Below, one piece after another: positions 29,101 to 37,361 of a stretch of 64,000 nt of DNA. The stretch is taken from the NCBI GenBank assembly GCA_964291625.2, contig OZ220089.1, positions 4,192,001-4,256,000 of the forward strand, written 5' to 3'. The stretch is from Candidatus Latescibacterota bacterium (GTDB taxonomy: Bacteria; Latescibacterota; UBA2968; UBA8231). How positions within the stretch are numbered: position 1 is the stretch's first letter; each line of letters begins with the position of its first letter. The notes beneath the pieces are model-generated. The model ran no database searches. It had not been told where the DNA came from and was given only the letters and a program-made list of their open reading frames with translations. A program made the position numbers and the translations under genes.

Positions 29101-30499
29101 CCTGGCGGCGGGCCGTTTCTTCGAGAGGGACGACGAGAGCACGTGCCTCCTTCCCGGGAGAATGGCCGCGGCCCTCGGCATCGGCGCGGCGGACGTGGGC
29201 CGGGCCGCCGTTCGCGTCTTCGGCCGGGACCTCGTGGTCCGCGGCATCGTCGACGCCGGCCGGCTGGACGCCATCCGCGATCTCGACGCCGAACCGCTCA
29301 CGCCGGCCGACTTCCAGAGCGGCGAGGTGCAGTTGCCCGGAGGCCGGGAGAGGGTCTCCATGGAGATCGAGGAAGAAGCGGGTCCGGACCGGATCGAGCC
29401 CTTCCTCCACATGGCGGCCGACAACGTCCTGATCCTGCCCTACGGCGCCGTGTGGGTGGCCGGCGGCACCCTGCGCTCCGTCGGCGTCCGCTTCGACGAC
29501 GGCGTCGACGGCCGTCCCCTGCTGGAGGGCTTCCTGACGCGCGTGGCCGCAACCCTCTTCGCCAGCCTCCGCGACCCCGGGACGGGCGAGCTCGAGGTCT
29601 CCTCCTACACCTCCGTGGGCCTGACGGCGGTGGAAGGACTCGCGGCGCTGTTCGTGCCCATCGTCATCGCCGCCCTCATCGTCCTCAACACCATGCTGGG
29701 CGCCGTGTACGAGCGTCTCCGGGAGATCGGCGTCTACTCCTCCGTGGGGCTGGCGCCGATGCACATCGCCCTGCTCTTCGTGGCCGAGGCCTGTGTCTAC
29801 GCCGTCCTCGGCGTCACCCTCGGCTACCTCCTGGGCCAGGGGTCGGCCAGGCTGCTGCTGACCCTCGACCTCGTGCACGCCATGGACCTGAACTACTCCT
29901 CCACGGCGGCGGTCTCGGCGGCCCTCATGGTCATGGTCCTGGTGCTGCTGTCCACCCTCTACCCGGCGCGAGTCGCCGCCGCCAGGGCGGTGCCGGACAC
30001 GGTGCGGCGCTGGGTGCCGCCCGACCCGGAGGGCGACCGCTGGGAGTTCGACTTCCCCTTTGCCGTGGGGACGGGCGAGGTCCGGGGACTGAGCGGGTTC
30101 CTGGCCGGCTGGTTCGGGTCCTGCAACGAGGACTCCGTCGGCGACTTCTACGCCGAGAAGGTGCGCCTCGTCACCGGCGGGGAGGCCGGGGCCCCCGCGT
30201 ACTCCCTGCAGATGCTGACCTGGCTGGCCCCCTTCGACAAGGGGGTGAGCCAGTACCTGCAGCTCGACTTCGCGCCCTCCCCGGTGGCCACCATCTACCA
30301 GGTGGAGGTCTTCATCGAGCGGATCAGCGGCGAGACGACGTCGTGGCGGCGGCTCAACCAGGGCTTCATGAACAGCCTGCGGAAGCAGTTCCTGCTGTGG
30401 CACACCTTCACGGAGGAGGCCAGGGCCCACCACCGGCAGGCCGCCGAAGGGATGCTGGCGGAGAGCGCTGCCCAGGCCGGCGGGGCCGACCTCGCATGA
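26105..30499 (+). CDS. M28 peptidase-like/PA-domain protein fused to multi-pass membrane and FtsX-like permease domains
   Basis: SRVSGYPGS, PA-like GHLIYGGEG...GSIVLL, NIWGVVPG, AYYD, ALLELAR; FtsX-like NMRRRKLRT and VYERLREIGVYSSVGL. Confidence 0.85.
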   Translation: MRRLVVWLTLPVLCAAARADADGIRATVEFMASVGSRVSGYPGSDLAADYVADAFAAAGVREVAVEEYPITVPLDRGGELTLTASGERFRLHGLWPNHVRTPTVPDSGLSGHLIYGGEGRLSEYAGLELAGSIVLLEFNTGNRWLEAASLGARAILFIEPQATSGREAGAKFVSVPLDIPRLWIDAAAGARLRDLAEDGPLEARLGSRMDWVSRKGRNIWGVVPGHHPELGGETIVVQAYYDGISIVPALAPSAETAGGVAALLELARHLQRRPPARTVVLVATGAHFLARRGIVDFLDRHARTHEEYAGLMEKPLDPALFIGLDLTSGSDRIGIWNNTDRYDIKRFYVPFGRAFTAYAEAAAPLLGRRAERALVNGISPLKGLDWSTYVPGGVTVDGQVAMAAGLVALSFVTIGDGRFVVDTPLDRPQRVDFDNLSRQSAFLNQILSRAFDDPRLLADLEDFGPVLKDELRTFRVDVRAFPRRSQVPDRIVEGAIVALGAGAARRAGPGFKPHKGVRAFRFHLADGNGSAVIPGLPLGAVPVSAYVLDPETGDVVYAPDSGERAGRHHGKKLAQAIRFAGEHKTLVVFPCASRPFYGLVDPRSLTAVRQIRVVNHTGVAPKEYGVARGEGVREPVAVAFAAADDSLMYLMSDSMILTNSRTDPRGTGYVVGRDPLERTDYLAVQDMWRINDERLAAMRDHAIENPRLAALHAWGRELIDQAGAAAERRDWDAFMSRVRAARGVTSRAYPDVMATLNDVIKGLVFFLALVLPAAFFGERLVFAAADIRWQLSGFALIMAIVWAAISQVHPAFDIAHPAIILLAFAIMAMAVFVFAMIFSRFNHYVEEFHARASQVHRADINRVSASYAAFMLGISNMRRRKLRTTLTLVTLTLLTFTVLSFTSFRQQLAFLAFPTAHEARHEGVLIRHPGWKELSSPTLDYVRSHFSRHGVVSPRNWLVADAGKPKSYIEVQGKAGTVRAAGLLGLSPQEPRVTGIDEALAAGRFFERDDESTCLLPGRMAAALGIGAADVGRAAVRVFGRDLVVRGIVDAGRLDAIRDLDAEPLTPADFQSGEVQLPGGRERVSMEIEEEAGPDRIEPFLHMAADNVLILPYGAVWVAGGTLRSVGVRFDDGVDGRPLLEGFLTRVAATLFASLRDPGTGELEVSSYTSVGLTAVEGLAALFVPIVIAALIVLNTMLGAVYERLREIGVYSSVGLAPMHIALLFVAEACVYAVLGVTLGYLLGQGSARLLLTLDLVHAMDLNYSSTAAVSAALMVMVLVLLSTLYPARVAAARAVPDTVRRWVPPDPEGDRWEFDFPFAVGTGEVRGLSGFLAGWFGSCNEDSVGDFYAEKVRLVTGGEAGAPAYSLQMLTWLAPFDKGVSQYLQLDFAPSPVATIYQVEVFIERISGETTSWRRLNQGFMNSLRKQFLLWHTFTEEARAHHRQAAEGMLAESAAQAGGADLA

Positions 30500-32640
30500 G
30501 CAAGGCCGTCCCCCGGATCTACCGCCGGCACCTGAGCTCGCGCTCCGAGCCCCTCCTCGAGTCGCGCCACCGCCTGACGTGGCGGGGGTTCTTCGTGGGC
30601 AGCTTCCTGAGCTTCTTCCTGGCCATCGGCGCCCCCTACAGCAACATGGTCATCAAGGGCGCCTACGTGTCCGCCGACATCAGCACCCCGGGGGCGATCT
30701 TCGTCTTCGTCGTGCTCATCGGCCTCCTCAACCTCGCCTTCAAGGCAGCGGCCCGCAGCAAGGGGTCGGCCCTCGCCTTCGCCGCCGCCCTGGGGGCCGC
30801 CTGGCTCTCCGCCTACCGGCCCCTGGGCGATGTCGATGTGCATTCGCCCGGATTCATCTTCTCCACCTTCGCCCTGACCTGCGCCCTCGCCAACGTGCCG
30901 CTGGCCTGGTCCGGCCGCAGCCTGGCCCTCAACCGGGCCGAGCTGATCATGGTCTATGCCATGCTGGCCATGGTCTCGGCCGTGTGCACCATGGGCCTGA
31001 CCGAGATCCTCCTGCCCACCCTCACCGCCGTCTTCTACTACGCCTCGCCGGAGAACCAGTGGCGGGAGAAGCTCTTCCCCCACTTCCCCGAGCACGACAT
31101 CCTCGTGGACGACGGCGCCGGCAACGCCCTGTTCTTCGAGGGCATCTCCAGCTCCGGCGAGGGCATCCCCTACGGCGCCTGGGTCGAGCCGCTCACGTGG
31201 TGGGCGGTCTTCCTGCTGGCCCTCTACGTGTGCATGATCTCGATCGCCGTGATCCTGCGGCGCCAGTGGATGGAGCGGGAGCGGCTGAGCTATCCGGTCG
31301 CCCAGGCCGGTCTGGCCATGATCCGCGGCGAGGACGAGAAAGGCCTGGTGAACGGCTTCTTCAAGCGTCCCTCCGTGTGGATGGGCATGGCCATCCCCTT
31401 CATCGCCGGCAGCCTCCGGGCGATGTCGAACTACGACCCCTCCGTACCCATGGTGTGGATGCGCCTGCCCATACCCTACGCCTCCGGCAAGGTCGACTTC
31501 GCCCTCACCGGCTTCGCCTACCTCATCGACACGAGGATATCGGGGAGCCTGTGGGTGTTCTACCTGCTCGGCAGGATGCAGAAGAGCCTGCTGGCCACCG
31601 CCGGGATCAAGTCGGAGCAGGTCCTCGAGGGCGTCCACGACGCCCCCCTGGTCGGCTACGAGGGGCTGGGGGCCCTGCTGGTGCTGGTGGCGGTGGTGCT
31701 GTGGACGGCCCGCGACCACCTGAAGGCGGTCTGGCTCAAGGCCCTGGGCCGGGCGCCCCTCGTCGACGACCGGGACGAGATCCTCTCCTACCGCGGCGCC
31801 GTGATCGGCGCCCTCGGGGGGATCGCGGTCATGACCGGGTGGCTGTGGATCATGGGCACACCCCTGTGGGTCTCGTTCTTCTTCATCGTCCTGGCCATGG
31901 CGATCTTCATCGGCATCACCCGGATCATCGCCGAGGCCGGGCTGGCGACCCTGCGGACGCCCGTCAACGCCCCCGACTTCGTCATCCTGGGTCTCGGGTC
32001 CTCTCTCGTCGGCCCCACGGGCGTGTTCAACCTGTCCATGGCCTACATCTGGGCCAACCAGGGGGTGCGCTGCTTCGCCATGGCGACCTGCACGAACGCC
32101 CTCAAGCTGATCGAGGACATGGACGCCCGCAGCCGGCGGCTGGTATTCCTGGCCCTCATCCTGGCCCTCGTGATCGGGACGCTGGGCTCGTTCTGGATGA
32201 TCTTCCACGTCGCCTACCGCTACGGAGGGGTCAACCTCGATATCTGGTTCTTCAACCTGGGACCGGCCAAGGCCTACGACCACGCCGTGCGCAACCTGGA
32301 GCCCGCCGGCGTCTACTGGCCGGGCATGGGCTTCCTCTTCGGCGGCGGCGGCATCATGGCCCTGCTCTACCTGGCCCGCCAGCGCCTGCCGTGGTGGCCC
32401 CTGCACCCGATCGGCTTCCCCATCGCCGCCGTGAACCTGATGTACTACACGATCACCAGCGTCTTCGTCGCCTGGCTCATCAAGGTCATCGTTCTGCGTT
32501 ACGGAGGCGTCAACCTCTACCGCCGCACCCAGGGGGTGTTCCTGGGCATGATCGCCGGCCAGATGCTGACCATGGGTCTCTGGCTCATCGTCGACTACTT
32601 CACGGGGAAAACCAACAACTGGTTGTTCGGCTGGGTGTGA
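30496..32640 (+). CDS. DUF6785/DUF6784-type polytopic membrane protein, putative transporter (copy 1)
   Basis: ATGA overlap with upstream gene; ILRRQWMERERLSYP, RIIAEAG, WWPLHPIGF; many hydrophobic segments; 714 aa. Confidence 0.8.
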   Translation: MSKAVPRIYRRHLSSRSEPLLESRHRLTWRGFFVGSFLSFFLAIGAPYSNMVIKGAYVSADISTPGAIFVFVVLIGLLNLAFKAAARSKGSALAFAAALGAAWLSAYRPLGDVDVHSPGFIFSTFALTCALANVPLAWSGRSLALNRAELIMVYAMLAMVSAVCTMGLTEILLPTLTAVFYYASPENQWREKLFPHFPEHDILVDDGAGNALFFEGISSSGEGIPYGAWVEPLTWWAVFLLALYVCMISIAVILRRQWMERERLSYPVAQAGLAMIRGEDEKGLVNGFFKRPSVWMGMAIPFIAGSLRAMSNYDPSVPMVWMRLPIPYASGKVDFALTGFAYLIDTRISGSLWVFYLLGRMQKSLLATAGIKSEQVLEGVHDAPLVGYEGLGALLVLVAVVLWTARDHLKAVWLKALGRAPLVDDRDEILSYRGAVIGALGGIAVMTGWLWIMGTPLWVSFFFIVLAMAIFIGITRIIAEAGLATLRTPVNAPDFVILGLGSSLVGPTGVFNLSMAYIWANQGVRCFAMATCTNALKLIEDMDARSRRLVFLALILALVIGTLGSFWMIFHVAYRYGGVNLDIWFFNLGPAKAYDHAVRNLEPAGVYWPGMGFLFGGGGIMALLYLARQRLPWWPLHPIGFPIAAVNLMYYTITSVFVAWLIKVIVLRYGGVNLYRRTQGVFLGMIAGQMLTMGLWLIVDYFTGKTNNWLFGWV

Positions 32641-32682
32641 GGGCCGCGGCCGGCCTGGGCAGCCAATCCGGGGAGATCGCCC

Positions 32683-33405
32683 ATGTACCTCAAGCACATG
32701 CGCCCTTACCAGCTGAAGGCGGCGGTGGCCGCCGACCAGCCGCTGCTGGTGCCCGCCGGCTGTATCGAGACCCACGGTCCGCACATGGCCATCGGCCATG
32801 ACACCATCATCGTCGAGGAGATCTGCGCCCGCATCGCCGAGCGCGTCGACGTGGTCATCGCGCCTTCCTTCGACTACGGGCCCACGGGGTACGCCCTGGG
32901 CGGGCCGGCGGAAGGCACCATCGACCCCGACTACGAAGGCTTCCACCGCCTCGTCAAGTCCGTGTTGCGCAACTTCCTCGAGATGGGGTTCAAGCGAGTC
33001 GTCGTCATCATCATGCACCAGGGAATGGCGGGGCCCCTGGCCCAGTCGTTCTCGAAGGCCGCCTCGGAGCTTTCCGGGGAGCGGGTGCTCGAACGGTACC
33101 CGCGCGGCTGGTGGGCGGACCCGGCGCTGCGCGACAGGTGGGGTGACTTCGGGAGCGTCCAGGTCGAGCCGATGATCCTGCCGGAGGCGTCGCCCCCGGC
33201 CGGCGGCGACCACGCCGGCTACAACGAGACGTCCTTCCTCATCGCCACCCGTCCCGAGCTCGTCGAGCAGGACCGTCTCGACGGCGATGCGCCCTGGTAC
33301 TGCGGCGTCGAGGGCGAGGAGCGGACGAGCTGGAGCGCCAACGTCGAGCACGGACAGGCCATGGTCGACGCCGTCGTCGACTCCTGGGTGGCCCGGCTCG
33401 GCTAG
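32683..33405 (+). CDS. Creatininase/mycofactocin-peptidase family amidohydrolase
   Basis: PAGCIETHGPHM.IGHD and GDHAGYNETS motifs. Confidence 0.88.
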   Translation: MYLKHMRPYQLKAAVAADQPLLVPAGCIETHGPHMAIGHDTIIVEEICARIAERVDVVIAPSFDYGPTGYALGGPAEGTIDPDYEGFHRLVKSVLRNFLEMGFKRVVVIIMHQGMAGPLAQSFSKAASELSGERVLERYPRGWWADPALRDRWGDFGSVQVEPMILPEASPPAGGDHAGYNETSFLIATRPELVEQDRLDGDAPWYCGVEGEERTSWSANVEHGQAMVDAVVDSWVARLG

Positions 33406-33456
33406 AGCGCGCCGGCGAGCCGGCCGGGGGGCCGCTGTTCCGCGGGACTACGCGAA

Positions 33457-35160
33457 TCACCTCTTCGCGGTGCGACGGAGACGGACGATCCGATCGACCC
33501 GGAAGGGGCCGTAGGATTCCTGGTGGCCGTCCGGCCAGGTTACGCGCACCTCGCGGACCTCGTCCTGACGGCCCAGCCCGAAGTGGACACGAGGATCGTT
33601 GGCGGCGCAGTAACTGGAGGCGACCCGCACCGATCTCGTCACCCTGCGGTCGCCGAGGGGTACCGTCACGCGGGCATGGTGGGCGATCCCTCCATCGGCG
33701 TCTTCCACGCGGAACATGATCCAGTGTTGCCGCGGCGCGATGTTGTGGAGCACCCAGGGCCGGTGATCGCGGTTGACGATCACGACATCCAGGCCGCCGT
33801 CGTTGTCGAGGTCGCCAAAGGCCGCCGCCCGACTGGTTGCGACCAGGGACGCCACCGTCCCGCCCGGCGGCCCGAAGGGCTCGAAGCGGCCGGAAGGCCC
33901 GCCCGCGAGAAGCAGGTCGGCTTCGGCGTAGGGATCGGCCTGCTCCGCCCGCCCCGTCTTCGGCCGGGTGACGCGGCCGTTCGCTTCGAAGAGATCCAAC
34001 CAGCCATCGTTGTCGAAGTCGTAGAGACCGACGCCGAACCGGGTCGCCTTGCGTGTGATCACCCCCAGGCCGACCCGCGGGGTGTCGTCCATGAACCAGT
34101 CACCTTCGTTGCGGTAGAAGGAGTCGGACTGGGTTTCGAGATTCACCACGAGCAAGTCGGAATCGCCGTCGTCATCGATATCCGCCGCGGTGACGCCCAT
34201 GCCCGCCTTGGCCGTCCCGCTGGCGTCGATGGCCGCACCGGACTCCACGGCAACGTCCCTGAAGGTGCCGTCGCCGTTGTTGCGCCAGAGCTGGTTGGGC
34301 AGTTGATCATTGGCGACGAAGATGTCGATCGATCCGTCGTTGTCGTAATCGTCACAGACCACCCCGAGGCCATTCCCGAAAGCGGTGCGCATCCCCGCCC
34401 TCGCGGAGATGTCGAGGAATCGCCCGTCCGCCTGGTTCTCGAAGAGCACGTCGGCCGCGGGCGCCTGATAGCTGTTGGGACTGCAGTAGTCCGGCAGGCC
34501 GCTCTCCCTGCACCGCAGTTCGTCCTCGGGCGACCAGACGATGTAGTTGGCCACGTAGAGATCGAGATCGCCGTCGCGGTCGGTATCGACGAAGGCGCAG
34601 CTCGTCCCCCACCCGTCGTGAGCGACATGGGCGCGGCGGCTGACATCCTCGAAGGCGAGGCCGCCGCGATTGCGCAGGAGAGCGTTGGCCCCAACATTCG
34701 TGACGTAGAGATCGGTGAGACCGTCACTGTCGTAGTCGCCGGTGGTCACCCCCATTCCATATCCGCGGTCGCCGGCGCCGCTGCCTTCCGTCACGTCCTC
34801 GAACTCGCCGGCCCCGTCGCTTCGATACAGTCGATTGCCCGGCTGGTCCGGATCGCCGCCGCCGATCCGGCCACTCTGCACGAGATAGATGTCGAGGTAC
34901 CCATCGTTCTCGAGGTCGAGGAGCGCCGCCCCGCCTCCCATGATCTCGGGGAAATACATCTCATCGGAGGCGCCGCTCACATGCGTGAACGACACCCCCC
35001 GCTCCTCGGCAACCTCCCGGAACCACGCATCCCCGGCGGACTCCACGGATCGATCCGCCCCAGGCGTTCGGGTCGAGCCGTCACATCCTGCCCAAAGGAA
35101 GGGCAGCACGAGTACGTACCGGAGGGAGCGCCGCGACAGTACTCGGCGCGAGTCAGTCAT
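33457..35160 (-). CDS. CRTAC1/ASPIC-UnbV family lipoprotein
   Basis: WAGC lipobox; DYDSDGLTDLY, DTDRDGDLDLY repeats; PRVHFGLG. Confidence 0.9.
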   Translation of the reverse strand: MTDSRRVLSRRSLRYVLVLPFLWAGCDGSTRTPGADRSVESAGDAWFREVAEERGVSFTHVSGASDEMYFPEIMGGGAALLDLENDGYLDIYLVQSGRIGGGDPDQPGNRLYRSDGAGEFEDVTEGSGAGDRGYGMGVTTGDYDSDGLTDLYVTNVGANALLRNRGGLAFEDVSRRAHVAHDGWGTSCAFVDTDRDGDLDLYVANYIVWSPEDELRCRESGLPDYCSPNSYQAPAADVLFENQADGRFLDISARAGMRTAFGNGLGVVCDDYDNDGSIDIFVANDQLPNQLWRNNGDGTFRDVAVESGAAIDASGTAKAGMGVTAADIDDDGDSDLLVVNLETQSDSFYRNEGDWFMDDTPRVGLGVITRKATRFGVGLYDFDNDGWLDLFEANGRVTRPKTGRAEQADPYAEADLLLAGGPSGRFEPFGPPGGTVASLVATSRAAAFGDLDNDGGLDVVIVNRDHRPWVLHNIAPRQHWIMFRVEDADGGIAHHARVTVPLGDRRVTRSVRVASSYCAANDPRVHFGLGRQDEVREVRVTWPDGHQESYGPFRVDRIVRLRRTAKR

Positions 35161-36592
35161 TCCCGTTCCCGCTCATCTCGATACGCAGTGCCTGGAGCCG
35201 CTCGGCGGCATGCTCCCAGAGCCTGGCATGGTCATGGCGCAGATGGCGCCCTTCCTCCAGGAGTGCGACGGCTCCCTTCACGTCCCTTCGGTCCATGGCG
35301 ATCATCGCCAGTCCGATGCGCGGGGATCCGGCTTGCCGATCCAGCTCGCACACCCGGCGGAACAGCTCTTCCGCCTCGTCCGTGCGCCCCTGCTGGTAGA
35401 GCAGGAACCCGGCCTGGGTGAGAACCGAGGAGTCCCGGCCGTCCACTTCATGGGCGTGCAGGAAGGCCTCGATGGCCTCGTCGAACCGGCGCATGGCCTG
35501 GCAGGCTCGTCCCACGAGGGCCCAGGCATCCCCGGACTGCGGCCGGGCCCGTGTTGCGGCCAGGGCATGCCCGTAGGCGGAACGCAGGGCCTCCGGGTCG
35601 GCGCGACGTTCGGCGAGCAGCATGTCGGCGCGATTCAGGTTCGTCCAGTAGTCGTCCGGAGCGAGCCGGTACGCTTCGTCGAGGGCCGCGGCGGACTCCC
35701 GGGTCCGCCCCTGGTTCCGGTAACAGGTGGCCAGGGCAATCAGGATCCGCGTGTTCCCGGGTTCGGCGCGGCGAGCGCGTTCGAGCAGACTCACCGCCTG
35801 CGCGTACTCTCCCCGACTCATATGACTGCGGGCGGCCCTCCTGAGCAGCCTCACACCCGTCTGATGGGCCGTGACCGCATCGTTCCAGGGGTCCCGCCAC
35901 TGCGGTCGAACCTCGCCTCCCGGCCCGGCCTCGGGAACGCTCACCTCCTCTCCCCGTTGTCGGCGGATGTTCAGGTCGAGGTGCCTCGCGTAGCCGGGAT
36001 TCGAACCGTTGAGCAGATCGTGCTCGACAAGCAGCCGCGAGGCCCGCTCGGGCTCGCGCGCGCGCATCGCATGAAGCACCATTCCGAAGAGCGCCGCCTC
36101 GTTGCGCTCTCTTTCGACTACCTCGCGGAAGTGGGCCGCAGCTTCATCCATCCTTCCGTCATCGAGGAGCCAGAGGCCGAGCTGGGCGCGGGCCGGCTGG
36201 TAGGAGGGATCGAGTTCGACGACCTCTTGGGCGGACTCGATCGCTGCCTGGAGGTCTCCACTGCGTTCCTCTACCTGGGCGATCCGGTACCGGACCCGGG
36301 CATCGCGGGGGCGGGCCTCCGCCACCTCGGCGTAGCATGCCATGGCGAGGCCGAGCATGCCGTTGGCCTCGTACACCATGCCGAGTGTCATTCGGCGGCT
36401 CTCGTCGCCTCGCTGGCGGCGAGCGGACTCGAGGGCCTCCCGGACGGCTTCGGCGACGATGGGGTCCATCCGGTCGAGACCGGACGGCTCGGGCAGCGGC
36501 GGCCCCACGAACCGGTCGAAGGCCCACCACGCGGCGACCACCGCGATCAGCAGGGCCGCAAACCCGCTGGTTCGGCGCAGCGTTACCCGCAT
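35153..36592 (-). CDS. TPR repeat protein with N-terminal membrane anchor
   Basis: MRVTLRRTSGFAALLIAVVAAWW followed by TPR-like helices; overlaps the CRTAC1 start. Confidence 0.8.
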   Translation of the reverse strand: MRVTLRRTSGFAALLIAVVAAWWAFDRFVGPPLPEPSGLDRMDPIVAEAVREALESARRQRGDESRRMTLGMVYEANGMLGLAMACYAEVAEARPRDARVRYRIAQVEERSGDLQAAIESAQEVVELDPSYQPARAQLGLWLLDDGRMDEAAAHFREVVERERNEAALFGMVLHAMRAREPERASRLLVEHDLLNGSNPGYARHLDLNIRRQRGEEVSVPEAGPGGEVRPQWRDPWNDAVTAHQTGVRLLRRAARSHMSRGEYAQAVSLLERARRAEPGNTRILIALATCYRNQGRTRESAAALDEAYRLAPDDYWTNLNRADMLLAERRADPEALRSAYGHALAATRARPQSGDAWALVGRACQAMRRFDEAIEAFLHAHEVDGRDSSVLTQAGFLLYQQGRTDEAEELFRRVCELDRQAGSPRIGLAMIAMDRRDVKGAVALLEEGRHLRHDHARLWEHAAERLQALRIEMSGNGND

Positions 36593-36925
36593 CGGAATCC
36601 CGGCACCTCTTCGGGGAAGTGACTCGCGGCCAATCGACCGCTCTGCCTGACGATGGGTCGGCAGGGTCTTTCGGCACAAACGAACACCACCGGACCAAGG
36701 TCCGGACAGAAGGATAAGGATACGGGGTGCAGGCGTTGCCCGGCGCCCCGAAGCTGCCCGTAACCCTTTATCTTTGACCGGCTGCTGACAATGCCGCTCT
36801 TCGTTCGCCGCAAAGCGGCCCCACCTGCGAGAGGACGGGCGATACTCACACGTTCGAGTCGGGCCACTGCAACGCGGGGCTCTCCGCATTCCCGTGAAGG
36901 CCCGGTCTCCCGACGGGAGCCGACC

Positions 36926-37351
36926 ATGCCGACCATGCCGACCCGCGCGACCCGTCCCGGTTGCAGGACCTTCCGGACCACCGCCGTCGCGGCAGCTCTC
37001 GCCGCCATCGCATCCGGCTGCAGCGACGGAGGATCGGGGGCGTACGGCGAGCCGGTGGACGAGGCCACTGCCATCCCCCTGAAGGACCTGATGGCGGATT
37101 TGCGCGCCAATCGCGAGGAGCCCATCACCGTCTCGGGCACCATCGGCACGGTCTGCCGGTCGGCCGGCTGCTGGTTCACCCTGCGCGATCTCACGGGGGA
37201 GGAGCCGGTGGAGATCTATGTGGACCTGAAGGGCGGAGCGGCCTTCACCGTACCGGCGGCCATCGAGGGGAAGAGGGCCGTCCTCGTGGGCCGGCTCGTG
37301 GGCGACCAGCCGGACCTCGCCATCCACGCCGTGGGACTCGTGGTGAAGTAG
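36926..37351 (+). CDS. DUF4920-like (OB-fold) lipoprotein
   Basis: ASGC lipobox, YGEPV, VSGTIGTVCRSAGCWF; alternative ATG at 36935. Confidence 0.7.
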   Translation: MPTMPTRATRPGCRTFRTTAVAAALAAIASGCSDGGSGAYGEPVDEATAIPLKDLMADLRANREEPITVSGTIGTVCRSAGCWFTLRDLTGEEPVEIYVDLKGGAAFTVPAAIEGKRAVLVGRLVGDQPDLAIHAVGLVVK

Positions 37352-37361
37352 GGGAACGACC

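Noticed and set aside
25985-30433. Very long antisense ORFs (1482 aa here; also 41594..44809, 38847..41993, 51905..54904, 54810..57689)
   Set aside because: Shadow frames of real high-GC genes; low-complexity composition and no recognisable motifs
26143-32640. 2165-aa ORF suggesting a giant fusion
   Set aside because: The first 1451 codons are an Arg/Pro/Gly-rich alternative frame over M28-FtsX; the real gene starts at the ATGA overlap at 30496
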